The notes under the pieces: generated by a model
Database searches by the model: none
The model's input: only the letters and a program-made list of their open reading frames with translations
Told to the model about the DNA's origin: nothing
Shown: positions 27,311 to 41,800 of the stretch, piece by piece
Numbering within the stretch: the first letter of the stretch is position 1
How the letters are laid out: each line of letters starts with the position of its first letter
Position numbers and translations under genes: made by a program
NCBI GenBank assembly: GCA_040954595.2
Contig: CM082584.2
Coordinates: forward strand, 7,955,919 to 8,019,918
Reading direction: 5' to 3'
DNA from: Balanoglossus misakiensis
Lineage: Eukaryota > Animalia > Hemichordata
DNA length: 64,000 nucleotides

Positions 27311-27434
27311 CTTGGAGTAGAGCGGAGGAAAGCTAAACACCATGGCAACCAGCCACACGGAGATGATGATCTTGCGTGCTCGACCGAGAGTGATGACTGA
27401 CTTGGCCAATAACGGATGCACAATCACAAAGTAT
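27311..27434 (-). CDS. GPCR gene 2, coding exon 2 (ICL2, TM4)
   Basis: Acceptor gttttcag|A TAC. Encodes YFVIVHPLLAKS...VWLVAMVFSFPPLYSK. Donor AAG|GTGACC; 124 nt. Confidence 0.95.
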
Positions 27435-30400
27435 CTGAAAACAAGAGAATATGTAAATTGGCAATTCGTAATTAGCACCTGATGACATAACTGTTTCTAG
27501 CGAATTGGTCAGTGTATGACAGCACCAATACGCACATTGCAGCGCCAATCGATTAGTCGGCAATCAATCAATCATACCAAAAAATCACTTAACTCAAGCA
27601 AACATCAAAAACAACAGCAACCATGATATTACAAGAACTACAAAAGGAGTCCGTTGGTTACATGTACAAAATATAAAGTTTACGCGGCCATTATCTGTAA
27701 TCAGTGTTATCAGTCATAATCCAGATCGACTTTCTTTTGGCGCTAGCATTAGTCCTAAATTTCTCGCAAGTGTTCCATCATTTATGATACAACACTAAGC
27801 AGTCCCCAAAGCATCTGATGCCCTTGCGTCGGTTAACAAATTGGGACGATTCGTAATGGGGACGATATTTTGCTTTTTATATAGCCGACGGCGTTAACTA
27901 CAGTAGGATCTTGTCAGATACGATGAGTTAACTAGTATTGATGGATTTTACACAAGCCTTTACGGTTTATCTTCGCTGACGCATTTGGCGACCTTTTCAT
28001 GCACTCTTTCTTTCCTGACCGCGATGTCAGTTGTATTGGCAAAAATTGTCGTTTAATGATAACAGAGGCATGGAATGGCATTGAACCCGACTGACAGGAA
28101 ACAATTTAGTCTTGAAGTCGGCAACAGTGTTGGAACAGCGTAGTAGTGGGTAATGAAGCGTGAATGTGCGGCAACACATTTGACAGGGTTTATGCCACTT
28201 TGCCCGTAATGGGAGTTATACACGAGTAACAGAGAGAATTCATATTTTATCAATGGCGGAAAAAATGAATATTGACGAGCGTGGTAGCGTGGGCCCAGGC
28301 TGGATCAGGATCACCGAGAGGTTTTCCTGGAATCCGAGCGACTTACTGCGGGTGACGGATGTTCACATAAATATTAGATTGCCTTGTTCGCTTTAATCAC
28401 GGGTTTAGCTAATACCAGAATTCTCGCCAAGTTCACTAAGCTTTGCAGCCTAGAGTCCTGACATACATTTTTACTAAGCCGTGACGTCAGAGCAATCATA
28501 AACAGCTCGTTGTTTTGTCAGAATTTCTGTTGTGAAGTAAGCTTAATGGTTTGTGTAGAACATTACAAGACTCTGCCAAATATACGATATTGTTTTAAAT
28601 GTGATTCTTTCAGAACCGATTTACATGTTCGTATATGTACATGTAAAGCCAATGCATTTTAATGAAGGTGATTTAGCAAAATTTAAATGACGAAAATTCA
28701 AATAAATGTATAATTATTTGTGCGTATATTGCTTATAGGAACAATCTTTCGCGGGTTATCTAAAGTAGTATAGGTGCGACCTATATGTAATTAACGGCCC
28801 GATCCCACCAGAAACCATTGCCACCGCACCAGAAAACAAACATACACTTGACGCGGATAAAACTAGACGTTCATTTAGGCCCTTAAGCTCGGCCAAAGCC
28901 TTAAATAACCAGTTAGTAACGTCAACATCTACCAACGCGAGATCTGATAATTACAAATAGCCAAAATGAATGCAACCTCGATGCCCCTCAACCACTTTCG
29001 TACGTGAAGCTTTTCATCCGCAGTTGAATATTTTTTTCCGCCCACGCGGTTTCTGACTATTATTGGCGATTTGCTCCTTCTATAAGCGATCCGTGAAACG
29101 AGCTTCCTGGATCCGGACACTTCTCTAGCGTCTAATGAAGATGCCGCTGCCAAATCTCTGAAAACCCTGGAATAATAATCACTTCCTTGCATGCCGAATA
29201 CCCTCTCATCAACGCGTGACGTCGTCACGGTTGCTTTTGTGGTGCCAATTGTCGACGAACGATTCACAACACATCATGCGCAGCGGTAGGAAAAAATATG
29301 AAAGAACGGAATCACACTTATGGAAATTGTATTGGACTAAATTACTTACAGTAAATGAGAAACGGATTTGCAATAGTTCCAAGCTGATCACATAAAATAA
29401 TCATGGCATACTTTACCTTGACACGTCAAAGTCAAAGCCTCGTTGATCGGAATATTAAAATTCAATTTGATATATAATTTTGTGATCTTAAATGAGATTT
29501 TCGTTTTCTGCTCTTACATTTACTTCAAAAAACCAAATCAGATGTTTCTTAACGTTAGCTTGAGTTTACCTATATACATGTACGTGCGTGCTTACATGTA
29601 TGGCAGGTCGGTAGGTCGGATTGAAGAAAATCAATCAGGCGTATCTCCAAGATTATGCTACACTTTTCCAGAACAATTGGACCAGACGAGACGAGACTAG
29701 ACTAGGTTAGAGAGAAGTTGAGCTATGGCTATAGTAATGGTTTCATTTCTAATGACACTACCTCCGCTATATATCAATACTATTCTCCGAACCTATGTTT
29801 TCAATAACACGCCTTTCTTGCTGATGCTCAATATACCAAACCAAGTGGGTTTATAATGAAACGATATATAACCTTGGTCCATATAATCGAAAAGCAATTA
29901 CTTGAAAGACTTCTTTTGATCATCCTGGGGAGAGACAAAGCAGGTGGGGGAATCAGGTACGGTATCAGTTGAATAGATATGACATTTCTTGCATATCATC
30001 CATGACACACTATTTCTGTATTCTCCCCGGAGGAAAGCTGCGCCGCATAAAAGTCTTAATAACACTCCGCTGCGTTTCAAGCGTGACTACGCACATGTCA
30101 CAACCGATACAGGGCACTTATGGCGGACCTGGACTTTGGGAACGGTCTCAATCATAAGCTAGTATCAAACTAGATTTGATCTGTATTTTTTCAAAACAGC
30201 TTAGCCTTGGCATTAAAGCCCTTGAAAGGGCATTTAGCGACCTTATAGACGTTGTTCTCTCGAAACCTTGTTGTGCATCGCTGCTGGGAAAGGGATGCGT
30301 TTGAATTTCTTAAACAATCGCATATCATTACTCTCCCGAACCCGCTCTCCTTGTAACCAATTAGCTTTCAATCGCCCTGCAGTTATTTCGCTATGTGTAT

Positions 30401-33013
30401 TGATCTGTCCGCCGCAGAATTTGATCAGCTGCACGGTACATATGTCATATAAGTGAATCCTTGAATGCGTGTTGTTGACGGTAGTGCAACTAAACGCCTG
30501 GGCTTTTCAGGGGCACATGAATATATACAATGCTTTGTATGTACCGCCACCGATGAAGCTTCTCCAGGTCGTTTTTATCCACTGAACAACAAAGCATCCA
30601 GGTGCAAAGCTCTAATGAGCAACGTTACACAGGTGTTCGCCATGCGCCTTTGACTCGTGTGAACGACATTTTGTGTTCCCCTCCATTCATAAACAAATCC
30701 ACACCAGAAATCAGTCGAGCGTCGACGGCAAATACTGACATCACCGCATTAGTTTCAACCGATGCAGCATATACGCTATACACGGAAACATTTTCAAGGA
30801 TCGTCCCTCAGTTACTCAAATTCGAAGCACGTTGCCATTTACGTCTCAGCGGAGAATACAGTGCATGACCGTTTTATCAATGGCGTGTAATGACCACAAA
30901 TCAAGCAGCCAACGGCGGGGCTTCTCAATTTTCGTACATTGTCCAGACATTCCCAGACACCATCTGAAACCAATACTATGGGGAAGGATGATTAAGGTTG
31001 TTTTAACCGTACAATTGATGCTGAATACAGTCTCCCTTTATGAGACGACTGAAGAAAAAAAAAACAATATTAATAAAAACGCACATGTATAGTGTGCTTG
31101 GTATGGGCACGAAGGCGATTACGGTTACGTGCACGTGGTATACCCGAAAATTGACAGGTGACTTGACGAGTCGAGAGAAGTCAGATAAGCTGTGTTGAAT
31201 CAAAAGGTAAACATTGATTAGACGCTTTTTATGACGAAAATGTGATAACGCGATAAAGCTTGCCTTTTTAATTACAAAAAAAAATAAAAGGTTGTCCTTG
31301 ATCAATTTATCGCACTGAAGGTCACCGCTATACACAACACAGCATTTCTTTTTCAAGGAAAGCATAGGAAATTAATAGCATTCAATTTTAAATGAACAAT
31401 GACATACATATCCTGTGCTACGTTCTGATGACTTCACAGAGAATATTTCCCAAGGGCCGCGGCTTCCGCTCAAGGCACGAAGAAAATAAACACAATAACG
31501 TGAACAAAACGCATTTTGATTAAAATCAGAGTACAATCGATGATCTTTTGCAAGTCAACGCGACTTGCTCGGAACATGGTCAGTGAGGTCGATTGACAGA
31601 CACTAAGCGACGTCAATTCAGATATATAAAATATTGATTCGCATGACATTTAAATGAAGCCTGTGAGTAACTTGATACTTAATTTGTCAGCAGATTTAAT
31701 AAAACGCTATTCATCACCTTATCGGTCGTTATAGGACTAGTACTCTCTTTGAAATATGCATGATCGCTTTGTACACAACATCAGATAGCACTTGAATTTG
31801 TATGTGCTTGCCATACCAGCGCAAATAAGTGGTCTTTATTCTCTACAAACATATGGTGAACAAATTCACCAGTCATTGCGTTCAAACATATATCGAAATA
31901 AAACCACAAGTGGTGACCGACGAGAACCGCCTGAATTAATATGAACCATTTATATGTGGCAACAGAGTGAATGATACACGTAATTACCTCGAAAGGGTTT
32001 GGCGTGCATGCGATCACTTAACGTGAGACCAGTTTTTGACACGAAGAAAGGGAACTCAGTGATTTGAGCATTAGCTGCGACACGGTTGACCTCTAACATC
32101 ATCAGATTTTATCGGATGATGATCATCGTGTTCATCTCACTGAACGTGTAGCGTGTTAACTGTTTGACGGTCACTGTAATTAGTGTTGGAATAGGTAATT
32201 AAATTCGGGGCTTTATGCGTTTTCTATTAGTATAAACATGTGTAAAATTTGAAAGAAAGCGCAAAAAGGACGTTCAGTTCGGTGGTACAATGTCGTTCAT
32301 GCTTAGAGTTGGTGCGGATATGCACCGTTCAACTGCCTTTTGGATAATGGGATGACAATACATTTGGTTTGGACAACTATAGCTTATGTCTCCTTCAAGA
32401 TGTTCGCATTTGTAGTCCCTGTCAGTTGAAAGTAACAGCATAAATACACACATTCAGTAGGATTTCAAGTAAAGCAGAATAACTCGGTTAATTTGGCGAT
32501 AAGTGTTCCAAATGTGCACGTGTGGACACTTCCAAGATTAAAAAGTAAATTGAATGTCACTGCAGCTAGTGTACTCTGACAATGCAAGACTACACTGTAT
32601 ATCACCATCGCATTTCTATCTTTGAGTTTACCCTAATGCACATGCAGCTGTGAACTCGGTGCATTGTAGAGAGTGTAAGTTCAAGATAATATACTGATAT
32701 CGAAAGTGAACCCGTCAGAGATAAATCCATTTTGTGTATGTCTGTTTGTCTGTCTACCCCTCCGTCAATCCATACTCAAACACAAACCCATTCATGCACC
32801 ATCTGACTAATCGCCAGCCAGCCAGCCACCCATCCATCCATCCATCATATAATTCATTGCCACGGCGACGTCAATTGAGAGCGCTTGGTAATTCCTATGG
32901 CTTTGCGAAGTTGACCATTATGTCCCAGTTGTCAGAGCGATAAATACCGATATCACTCAAGCAATATGACTCGAGAAGTATTCAATTTTTATTAAAAAAC
33001 ATATGCGGCTTAC

Positions 33014-33438
33014 CTTTCGATGCTCATGGCGGTCAGCATGAATACCGAACACGAGCTTGACAGCAGTGTTAGGTAGGACAACATCTTACACATGAACGCA
33101 CCTAGTTCCCACTTCCAACTGAAGTAGGTTGGCGTCTGGAAAGGTATAACAATGACGATGATGATGAGGTCGGCCGCCGCCAGACTGGCCAAGAAGGAGT
33201 TCGTGACGTTCTGCAGCCGCCGACACCTCTGGATGGCGAATATGACGAGCACGTTGCCCACTAACCCGACAATGAACGTGAAGCAGTGCACCAGCACCGT
33301 CGGCAGCCAGATCTCCAGGGGCGGCGGCAGGGGCGGCCGGAAGCCCGTCCCGTTCAGCAAGTAATACGACGCGTTCTCGAAGTACTCGGTGAAGATGCTG
33401 GGACTCGCAAACGGCGTCGTTTGATTCGGAAACGCCAT
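33014..33438 (-). CDS. Class A peptide-type GPCR gene 2, coding exon 1 (N-terminus, TM1-TM3)
   Basis: First ATG at 33438 (MAFPNQTT); the ORF track starts earlier at a TTG. Sequons NQT, NAS, NGT; GLVGNVLVI; TNSFLASLAAADL. Ends GAA AG|GTAAGC. Confidence 0.93.
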
Positions 33439-33809
33439 CGCGCGTGTAGCGTTGATGCTGTTGTCTGAGTTCTGTTGAAACTGTCCCAGTACCGACGTGA
33501 TCCCGTGCACTCGATCCGTCCGTTTGCTCAAATCAAATCAGTGTTATATTAGTTTATGTCGCAGCCCCAAGTCATTTTGTGTAAAGGCAGATTAGATGAT
33601 CAGTACAGACAAACGATAGACTATCCTTTGTGTGTACACCATCTGTCTTGATAATCCCGTGTCCTTTACAGCTACATCCACTTGTCAGCATGAACCGCAT
33701 CTCAGTGGAGGTAAGTCGCTATACAACAGTGACAACGCTGGCGACAACGGAGATCTGCGAACGAAATACATGAACGTTACTTGACAGAAGGAAAACACAC
33801 GTGACTTAA

Positions 33810-33970
33810 AGGTATACGCTCACCTAAGGAAATTTAGCTACAGTTACCATGGTAAACTTGAGATTTAGCCAATCACGGATTTTCAGTGGGTGGCACTCGC
33901 GAAAAAGAGCACCGCCATATGTTCTTCAGCCATATATGGGCGTATGTAACTTTGAGGTGACTGTATACCT
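33810..33970. mobile_element. Short non-autonomous DNA transposon (MITE), Kolobok-like
   Basis: 161 bp with imperfect TIRs AGGTATACGCTCACCT / AGGTGACTGTATACCT (14 of 16 complementary). Flanks are TTAA on the left and a one-base-imperfect TAAA on the right. Purine-purine termini with TTAA fit Kolobok. Confidence 0.65.
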
Positions 33971-34220
33971 TAAATTGACATACGAGAAGTTATAAGAAAG
34001 TTAGAAAAAATGCTGAAACAAGACCTTCAGAACACACATGTATGTCCATCGGCATGATTGTGTTTACATAGGACAAACTGAAAAAAAGAGGGGAAGTTCC
34101 CACACATTCCACTATTAACGCAGTACTTTTTCTTCAAAAGATGGGTAACACACGTCAGCGTCAAATGTCATTGTTGACTTGCTGTCACCATGTAAAATGA
34201 AAACGGTTTTTAAATGAAGT

Positions 34221-34685
34221 ACTCACGCGAACCTCATCACACGCTACCTTTTAAGGCGAGAACAATCGAGCAAGGCACACTACCTCCAGACGTGGAAAAG
34301 CGAATGTCTGATGCTATTTTTCTGGGGACAACAGGGTACGAACCGATCTGAACCTATTATGCCGTAGACAGGTTAACAGCCATTCAGAGCGCACGCAACC
34401 CTTCCGAAGGACATATCAACCAGTGGCACACGTTCAACTGGTAAACACATCTGACGTTCCGGAAAGGTTGATCATTCTCTCGGAGCCATTGTCCAATGTT
34501 AGCACTGCTAACTCTACTGGGCAGGCGCAATAGCGCGTTTTCTTCATGTAAGTCCACAACACATCTGCTTTGTGCTCACACGCACAAAGGATCCCTGTAA
34601 TCATATGCTCTATAAAAAGACATTGATTGCGGTGTTATAAGCGCCGCATGATGTCATCGACACGCTAATCGGGTTGACGTCAACC
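34221..34685 (-). promoter_or_regulatory. Candidate promoter and non-coding first exon of gene 2
   Basis: Palindromic CRE GGTTGACGTCAACC at 34672-34685, CRE-like TGATGTCA at 34649 and TTATAA near 34635. Minus-strand donor GTGAGT at 34226-34221 and an acceptor tttcaacag ending at 33472, just before the ATG. Prediction only. Confidence 0.3.
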
Positions 34686-37600
34686 AAACGAAAAAAACAG
34701 CCAACGGGAAACATTATGAATATGAGACCTTTGGTTTATAGGCGTGATCTGTTTGAGACATTAACTTTATAATAACATGCTCGAGGGCGAATATTGTGTT
34801 ATCTCGTATCATGTGCAAACCATTCCATCGTCTTGTTAAGAATTTATATATAACCTTATTGTTTCTGCCTTTGTAGTAACGGGGAGAAGAGAGTTCTCAG
34901 AAAAAGCAGTATTTGCATCACTCGGGGATACGATGTGCGTCTTTCAAACAAACATCTTGAAATGTGGTCCGCTCTCTAAGGATTATTCATTTCGGTATCT
35001 CACGAATGTACCTTTGAATAAGGCTTCTGGGGTACGTTGTTATATACTCCGGTTTTCTACAAATAATTACACGTACCTCAGTGTATCAGTGGTGGTGTTC
35101 ACATTTTATACGCTGCATGAATACACGCATACATGTATTTTCCCATTCAACGATCATTCTTATGGACGACCATTGTTTAACATGGGGCGACCGTGACGAA
35201 CCTTCCAACTAGCCGATCAACCAACCAACCAACTACATTTTACGTCATAATATGAACAGAGGACCGACCTCAAACAAACGTACCAACCGGTCAATCAAAC
35301 AGCTAATCCAAAGCGATCAATCATGCGGGCAGTATAAGTTGATTGTTTCCCTTTGTGGCGACCGCTTGGCCTTGGGGATCATCAGCCACTTCAACTCAAA
35401 GGAACTCCAACCGTGAACGGTAACATCGCCGGTGATCTGATTTGCACCTGCCACCAGCAGAGCGCCGTGACACTCTGAGCTGAACTGCCGCCACCGAAAT
35501 GAAATTGAATTGCATTTCCTGCAAACCGAATGTCACGTTCGCTGCAGTGGCGTAGACGTTTAAGTAGTTTTATCTACCGTATACCTGCAAAACTAAAAAC
35601 GAGGAAAGATGAGAAAAAGACTAACTTTAGAAACTTCAAGATGAGAGCGACTTTGACAGCGGCGGTCAATGAATAGTCGGGAAGATTTGTTTACTTACAA
35701 GGTTGTTGCTCGTCTTTCTTCCGAGTCGCATCCACGTGCAGTAAAATTGAAAACCGAAGCAGGTGGACTATTGTCTATATTTAAATTCCCTTGGGCAAAC
35801 TATGCCACCGTGCGAACGCCTTCTATAATCGCTCAGTGTTGACTTTGGCTCCTGGTACCGTCAAATTTACGGCAGAGAGTTTGCGTCCGTCCGCGTGTCA
35901 AAGTGACACGCATCGCGGGGAAATGGCACAAGTCAACGTTGCAATGTTCGTTTTGTACGACTGGCTGGCTTCGACATCTATCGGCCGGGCGCACTTTTGA
36001 TTGACAGGTGAACACTTTCGTGTGCAATAACAATTATTGATACAGCTATTCACCACGGCTAATTTAACATATGGCGAATTTCCAAAGCCGTATTGCAAGA
36101 CGGGAATCAATAACAAACCCCCCCCCCCATAATCCTTGCGGGGACATCGCCTTAATAAAATAAAAATTCATTTAAGCGTGATGTGGAAATTAACTGGGTT
36201 AATACGCCGCAAAGTGGGCAGCCCCGGGTTCTTTACGAGCATAAAAATTCATTTCGCGCCAGCGATATTCAGAGACAACACATAAAATCACTTAATTGTA
36301 AATTGTTATGAATATAGCAGATGATCACTTTGCCCATAAAGACAGACCCACTAAGCGTTGGCTTAGTTGTTCGCTTGATCGGAATTGGGCTACAGTACGC
36401 TGAATGCCTCGTACCACCATAAATGTCATACGGCGAAAAACTTGTCATCTGTATTTCATGTTTCACTGGTACGTTTCAACCATCAAGCGCTGCTGGGACC
36501 GCAAGTTTACGTAAATGTCCGCCCGACCGACAAAGATGTTGAAGTTTCCTAACAAAGTTGTGGGCGGATCAGCAGAAGTGCGTTGGCCTTTCCGTGGTGG
36601 CACGCACTCCTCTTCCATTACCTCTGCGGGGAGGCCGGGAATTCCATTATAGGATTGCAGCGTTTTTGCTTGATACCTATATCTGTTTAATTATGTTATT
36701 ATCTGCAAATATAAGACAGAGTGGGCCGAATGCGGTGGGTTTGAATGGACTCGTTAGGGGTAAAACGGGGTGGGTGAAAGTCACGATTTCCTTTTCCGAA
36801 AGCTCATTATCCAAGTAGTGATTTGAACAGCCTTAACGGCGCCTGGGGTAACGGTAACTCGGGCCTTGTTTACGGTTTAAAAGATCTATCAATATTTCGT
36901 ACCACGTTTTTGTTACCGAAATAAATTTGTGGAAAGGAGAGTGCGACGTGGGAGAGACAGACATCCAGTTTGTTGCGCGTTTTACAGCCATTGGCAAGAG
37001 TTTATTTGAGTAACCTGTATTGTTTGATTCACAGAATGCTTTTTGTTTTAGCCTATACAGAGAACGAAAGTGCGGGTCCGCATACGCGTGTCCTCGTTGT
37101 TGAAATACGTGCCCCTTTAACACGATCGAAGATTTACGCCCTTCCAAGAAAGACGGATCAACCGGGCGATCAGCGGTCGTAAAAAGACCAGTGATATATC
37201 TTATAGCGACGACTGACCAGATAAACGATCCGAAGATTACTATCAAATAGATCCAGGATTACGATATCCGTGGCCGATTATACTTTATGTCCTGAAGTTA
37301 TTGGGGTGCCACAAGACTCGGACTAACGCGTTAAAATAATACTTAATCCGTTTTATCATGCAGGGTTTGCGATCGCAAAATCAAGAAAATTACATCCATG
37401 CAAAGACGATGTATAGTAAAACGCGGAGATAAATCACACTATGACGTACTTAGGCATCGGTTAGACGTTTACCAGCGACCAAAGGTCGTCGTGGTATTTA
37501 AACAACTCGAACGGGGTTGTTTGTGTTTTGCGACATGGTTGCTCTCTGATCTCAGACGCGAGGCGCTGTGGTAGACATTTGTTTTATAAAATATACTCTA

Positions 37601-38016
37601 TTCGCCGTAATTATGTACACAGCGAGAAGTCTACATGTATCTCAGGGTATGCTGTCGACATCTGTGTATAGACAGAGCTCCTGTAAATAAATACATGGAT
37701 TTATTGGTTGGGGTCGCGAAATTGGGATGAGGGGTACGCAATCCGCTCTTAAGAGGCCCTCAATTCCCGACCGTAGTTCGACGATACTGTCCAATACGAC
37801 CACTCCCCGGTTTGGGAGTTAAACTCACGGGCGTGACATGTTCTACACGCGGTCTCCTTCCTCCCCGGGGCGATAGGAAAGGCCGACCTGAGCGCGCGAG
37901 GTACAGGTACGTTCATTGCGTCATTGCTTAATCGTTCAATTCTGTGGCTTGCCTGTTTTTGCAGAAAACAATTATGATTACTTGTCCTGTGTATCAGAGT
38001 GCCCGTAGCATTGGTA

Positions 38017-38137
38017 ATATCTCGAGGGTTGAGAAAATTGTATCTTGCGCTGGGTTGAATACCGTTTATTCTTTTCCGTCTCCTCCCCGCGGTACACAGT
38101 CCAGCGCGAGACAAAGTTTTCTCAACCCTCGCGATAT
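38017..38137. repeat. 121-bp imperfect inverted repeat (hairpin or MITE-like)
   Basis: Two 48-bp arms complementary at 39 of 48 positions without gaps, around a 25-nt pyrimidine-rich loop. Confidence 0.8.
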
Positions 38138-41100
38138 CGGCGCACTTTTGACAATGGAAGCCATATCTTGCCGACCACCTCCCGCAGAATTCTGTTTTCA
38201 AATATATTTTGTCTAGAATGCATGTCTACGCCATCTCTTTGTTATATTCGCACCCGCCCATTTTTTTTGGTTTTGCGCAATAATATACTTATAAGGTTTC
38301 CCTGTTGCTAGAAGCGCATAAGTATTTTTTGTAGCAAATTACTTAGTTTGCAAGTGTTTTGCTGCAAAGGGTTATCTTTTCCTTTACGGCGTGGCTCAGC
38401 TACCACAAAATTTAAGCGGGTGTTAACAGAAATTTCTTACGAAGTTTTGTAGCAGCAAAGCAGTAAGAGCATATTACGCATATTTCACATTAATTGAGTA
38501 GAATTAGTACCACGTAACCCGTGTTCCTGGAACTTATTTCACGATATTGAAAATATACATATATATAATATTGTGGGCGTATATGAACAGAGTTAACAGA
38601 TTAGCTGCGCCTGGAAGCTACAGTGTAAACTGCCCCACAGCTTCTTCGCTGTGTGATCTCAGAAATAAATAGAATTAACTCGAGAAGTCATCTCCAGAGA
38701 ACTACAGTTCCCCAGGTGCAATTTATAGGTCGCGAAATCGCTGTAATGTACGTGGAAAAGGCAGTCATTAGCGTTGTAAACAGCACGACATGTCATATTT
38801 GCAAAAGCCCAAGTAAAAAGCGTTGACGTCAACAACATCGTCAATTTGCGCCGCCCGGTACGGTACAGTGATTGCGATATAGGTCGCAGCACTGTCCTGA
38901 TCGGAAACGGGTATCAACTTGAAGTCACCTTGTGATACCAAAGGTGGGGGAGTATACAAAGTTGTGAAAAGTGTGAGGTTTGATGATTCGGTAATGCACC
39001 GAAACGTTTTGTGGGGCCTGTTGCGGAAGGAATTGGTCAGAGGGGAAGAGAGGTAGAGTGGGAGGGAGGTAGGGAGAGACGGAGGCAGTGTATCGAAGCA
39101 GTGTCACATATTGATGCGCGTCCCTACTTACACGCAAATTGTACTGGCGACGACAATCTGAATTTCAACCCAAAAGTTTGTGTATAGGACTATTTGTTCT
39201 GTTATAATATACTGACCGACGGCTGCCTGTCGCAGTTCATTGCAGGTTATTGGCGTGAAATCTGCGGGTCGTAAATTTAGATTTATAGCCTGACGTCATC
39301 AAACCCTCGTTTAGTGTCATCGTTTACCCGAAAGTAAGCGACGCAATGACAAAATTCGCACGTCTCGATCATGATGAGGTTTGAACAAGAACATCTTGTT
39401 GGACGCTGGTGGACGCTACAGTATTCCCCTTACGGGGCCAACCGCCCCCTGAAGTAGAACTTAAACGCGGAAAGCAATGTGTTAAACGTGTGACATTAAC
39501 ATTCAAAGCAATGTGTCGGCGCAAACGACTGCGCATTATATTCAAAAACCCGCTAACGCAGACAGATGCAGTGTTATAGCTCAAGAATATGTGTTGTTGC
39601 TTGGCAACGATCGCCAGGCCTTCAATGTTGCTTAGTGAGAAAGGAGTCAACATTTAGCGTAAAGTTTTATGTGGTTAGACTTCAAACACGTTTGGCAGCT
39701 ATAGCTACTGTCAATTTGATGCTTATGTTTCAAGTTCACTGTGACAGCGGTATGCCATATGCCTGCTGTCGTCAAAATTATATAGCTTTGTTATCCACAA
39801 AACCTATCGACTGTCAAGATGATTAAACATTAAAGGTATACGGTTAAAATTCAGCACCGTATCTCCACATTAAAATACCACTGCCCCGCCATCTTGGCAC
39901 AAGTATGTGTCTGTCCGTCTACTTATCTATATCAACTGAAACACCCTCCCTCCCGTATAATTTCTAACCCATCCCTCCACCAACCCACCCACCTCAATGC
40001 ACAAGCTCAAACATCCATCCGTCCATCCGCCCACTCACTTATTCACTTGAAAAAAACTTTCTATCTTTAATGTATTTTTCAGTTGAACAAAGTCTAATGT
40101 TGATATTTAACTGATCACGACGTCTTTGTATAACCTGTGGGTTTCAATTAATTTGTAATATTTCAGACATGCGTGATACTGACTACGGTGTAGGCCCATG
40201 TCACTGGATATTTGGATAATTGGGGAACTTGATATTCTACACATTTAAGTTGAAGGACACCCCCGGTGGACACGTTTGAAGGATGGCGTGTTTTTGGTCA
40301 AATGGAGAGCGGCGAGAGAGGGACAAATACATGCATGTTTCTCAGAAAGTGTTCAGAGCCCAGCGGGTACACGCCAAATCCCATTTCCGTCTGTACTTTC
40401 GCCCCCACGTTCAATGCAACTGTCCGACAAACAATTGCAGACGCCCTCCGTGTTGATAACTCGCTTCTCAGTAGGCAGTAACGCATATTGAAATTATCTT
40501 TCGAATGAAATTCATTTCATTTTACAGAAATCTCGAAAAAGCGTGTTCATGTCACACAAGACTCCAACCATGGTTTTCTACCCAATGTTTTACTTCTGCA
40601 TGAGTGTATCTATGTTCGAGATCGCTACCCAAGGCCCATGTGCGTATCTCAGTGTAGGATGTGATCATTATCCGGTTGAAAAAAACACCTCTAGTGTCCG
40701 TTCGAAACTCATTCGTAGGCGAATCTATCGCCAAACACATCCAGATCCCCCTTAAAACGGAAAGTGGGCGCTGCAGAGTCGTGAATGATCACTTAACGCG
40801 TCGACTCACTGAAGTGTGGGGTGCACTTCTCCTGCCGGCGGTGTTCTGTCACGTGAATTAATTTCTTTATTTTTTTTTTGCTACTTTTTAAGAATTTATG
40901 ACGGTGATTCTAGTCGTAGGCTCCATAAAGCGATTGAGTCTTATATCCTTGAGATCATTTAATTCTTGAAGCTGATAACACGTATATACTCTTACAAATC
41001 GCACGTATCGTATGGCGGAAAAGTCGGCAGCGTTTGTCCCGGCCCCTCACTGATGAAAATCGGAATGATTGCAAATTTAAATATTTGACCCATCTTCATA

Positions 41101-41728
41101 AGAAGCTGGCTGAAATGTATTTAATCATAAATAATCGAAGCATTTGAAATGGAAGGAAACATATCTTATGAAATAATTACGGCAGGACCCATTCGACATC
41201 TTAACTGCGTATCGACAAAACCACTCTTCACAACCTGAAGCAAACACTCTTTGTTTCCTATTCTATATTTCCGCCCGTTGCTATGGAGTTTTAGCGTCAT
41301 CTATCCACATGATGCACTGTTATGAGAAGTCTGTAATGTCCACCAACCTCGACCGTTTCAGGGAAATGAATCCAATTACAAGTAAAAGTAAATTTCCAGC
41401 ATTTTCCAGGGGGGAAAATGAAAGATGGATACTTACCTTCAAATCTATGGGACCGTAGAAGAAACCAGTCTATCTTCTTTGAGGTGTCTCTTGTTTTGGG
41501 AGAAACGAGATGGACATTTTTCGGAGTTTTTTTTATCGGTGTCCCAGTTGATCATTCTGTCATTCTCGCATTCACCTGCCGAGATTTTCCAAGACACTGT
41601 ACATCTGTCGGCAGCGTTGGGGCATGTCTTACTTGGATCTCTCCAACGCGGTAATTTGACACTAGGCACAGGTAACTGCCGGCCTAAGGAGTTATATTGT
41701 GGACCACCTAGCAAAATGGTTGCGTGAA

Positions 41729-41800
41729 TATCTTGGAGACGAGAGTTTCACTTACATGTACATGTATCTTGGAGACGAGAGTTTCACTTACATGTACATG
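41729..41800. repeat. Perfect 36-bp tandem duplication
   Basis: TATCTTGGAGACGAGAGTTTCACTTACATGTACATG occurs twice, head to tail. Confidence 0.95.
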
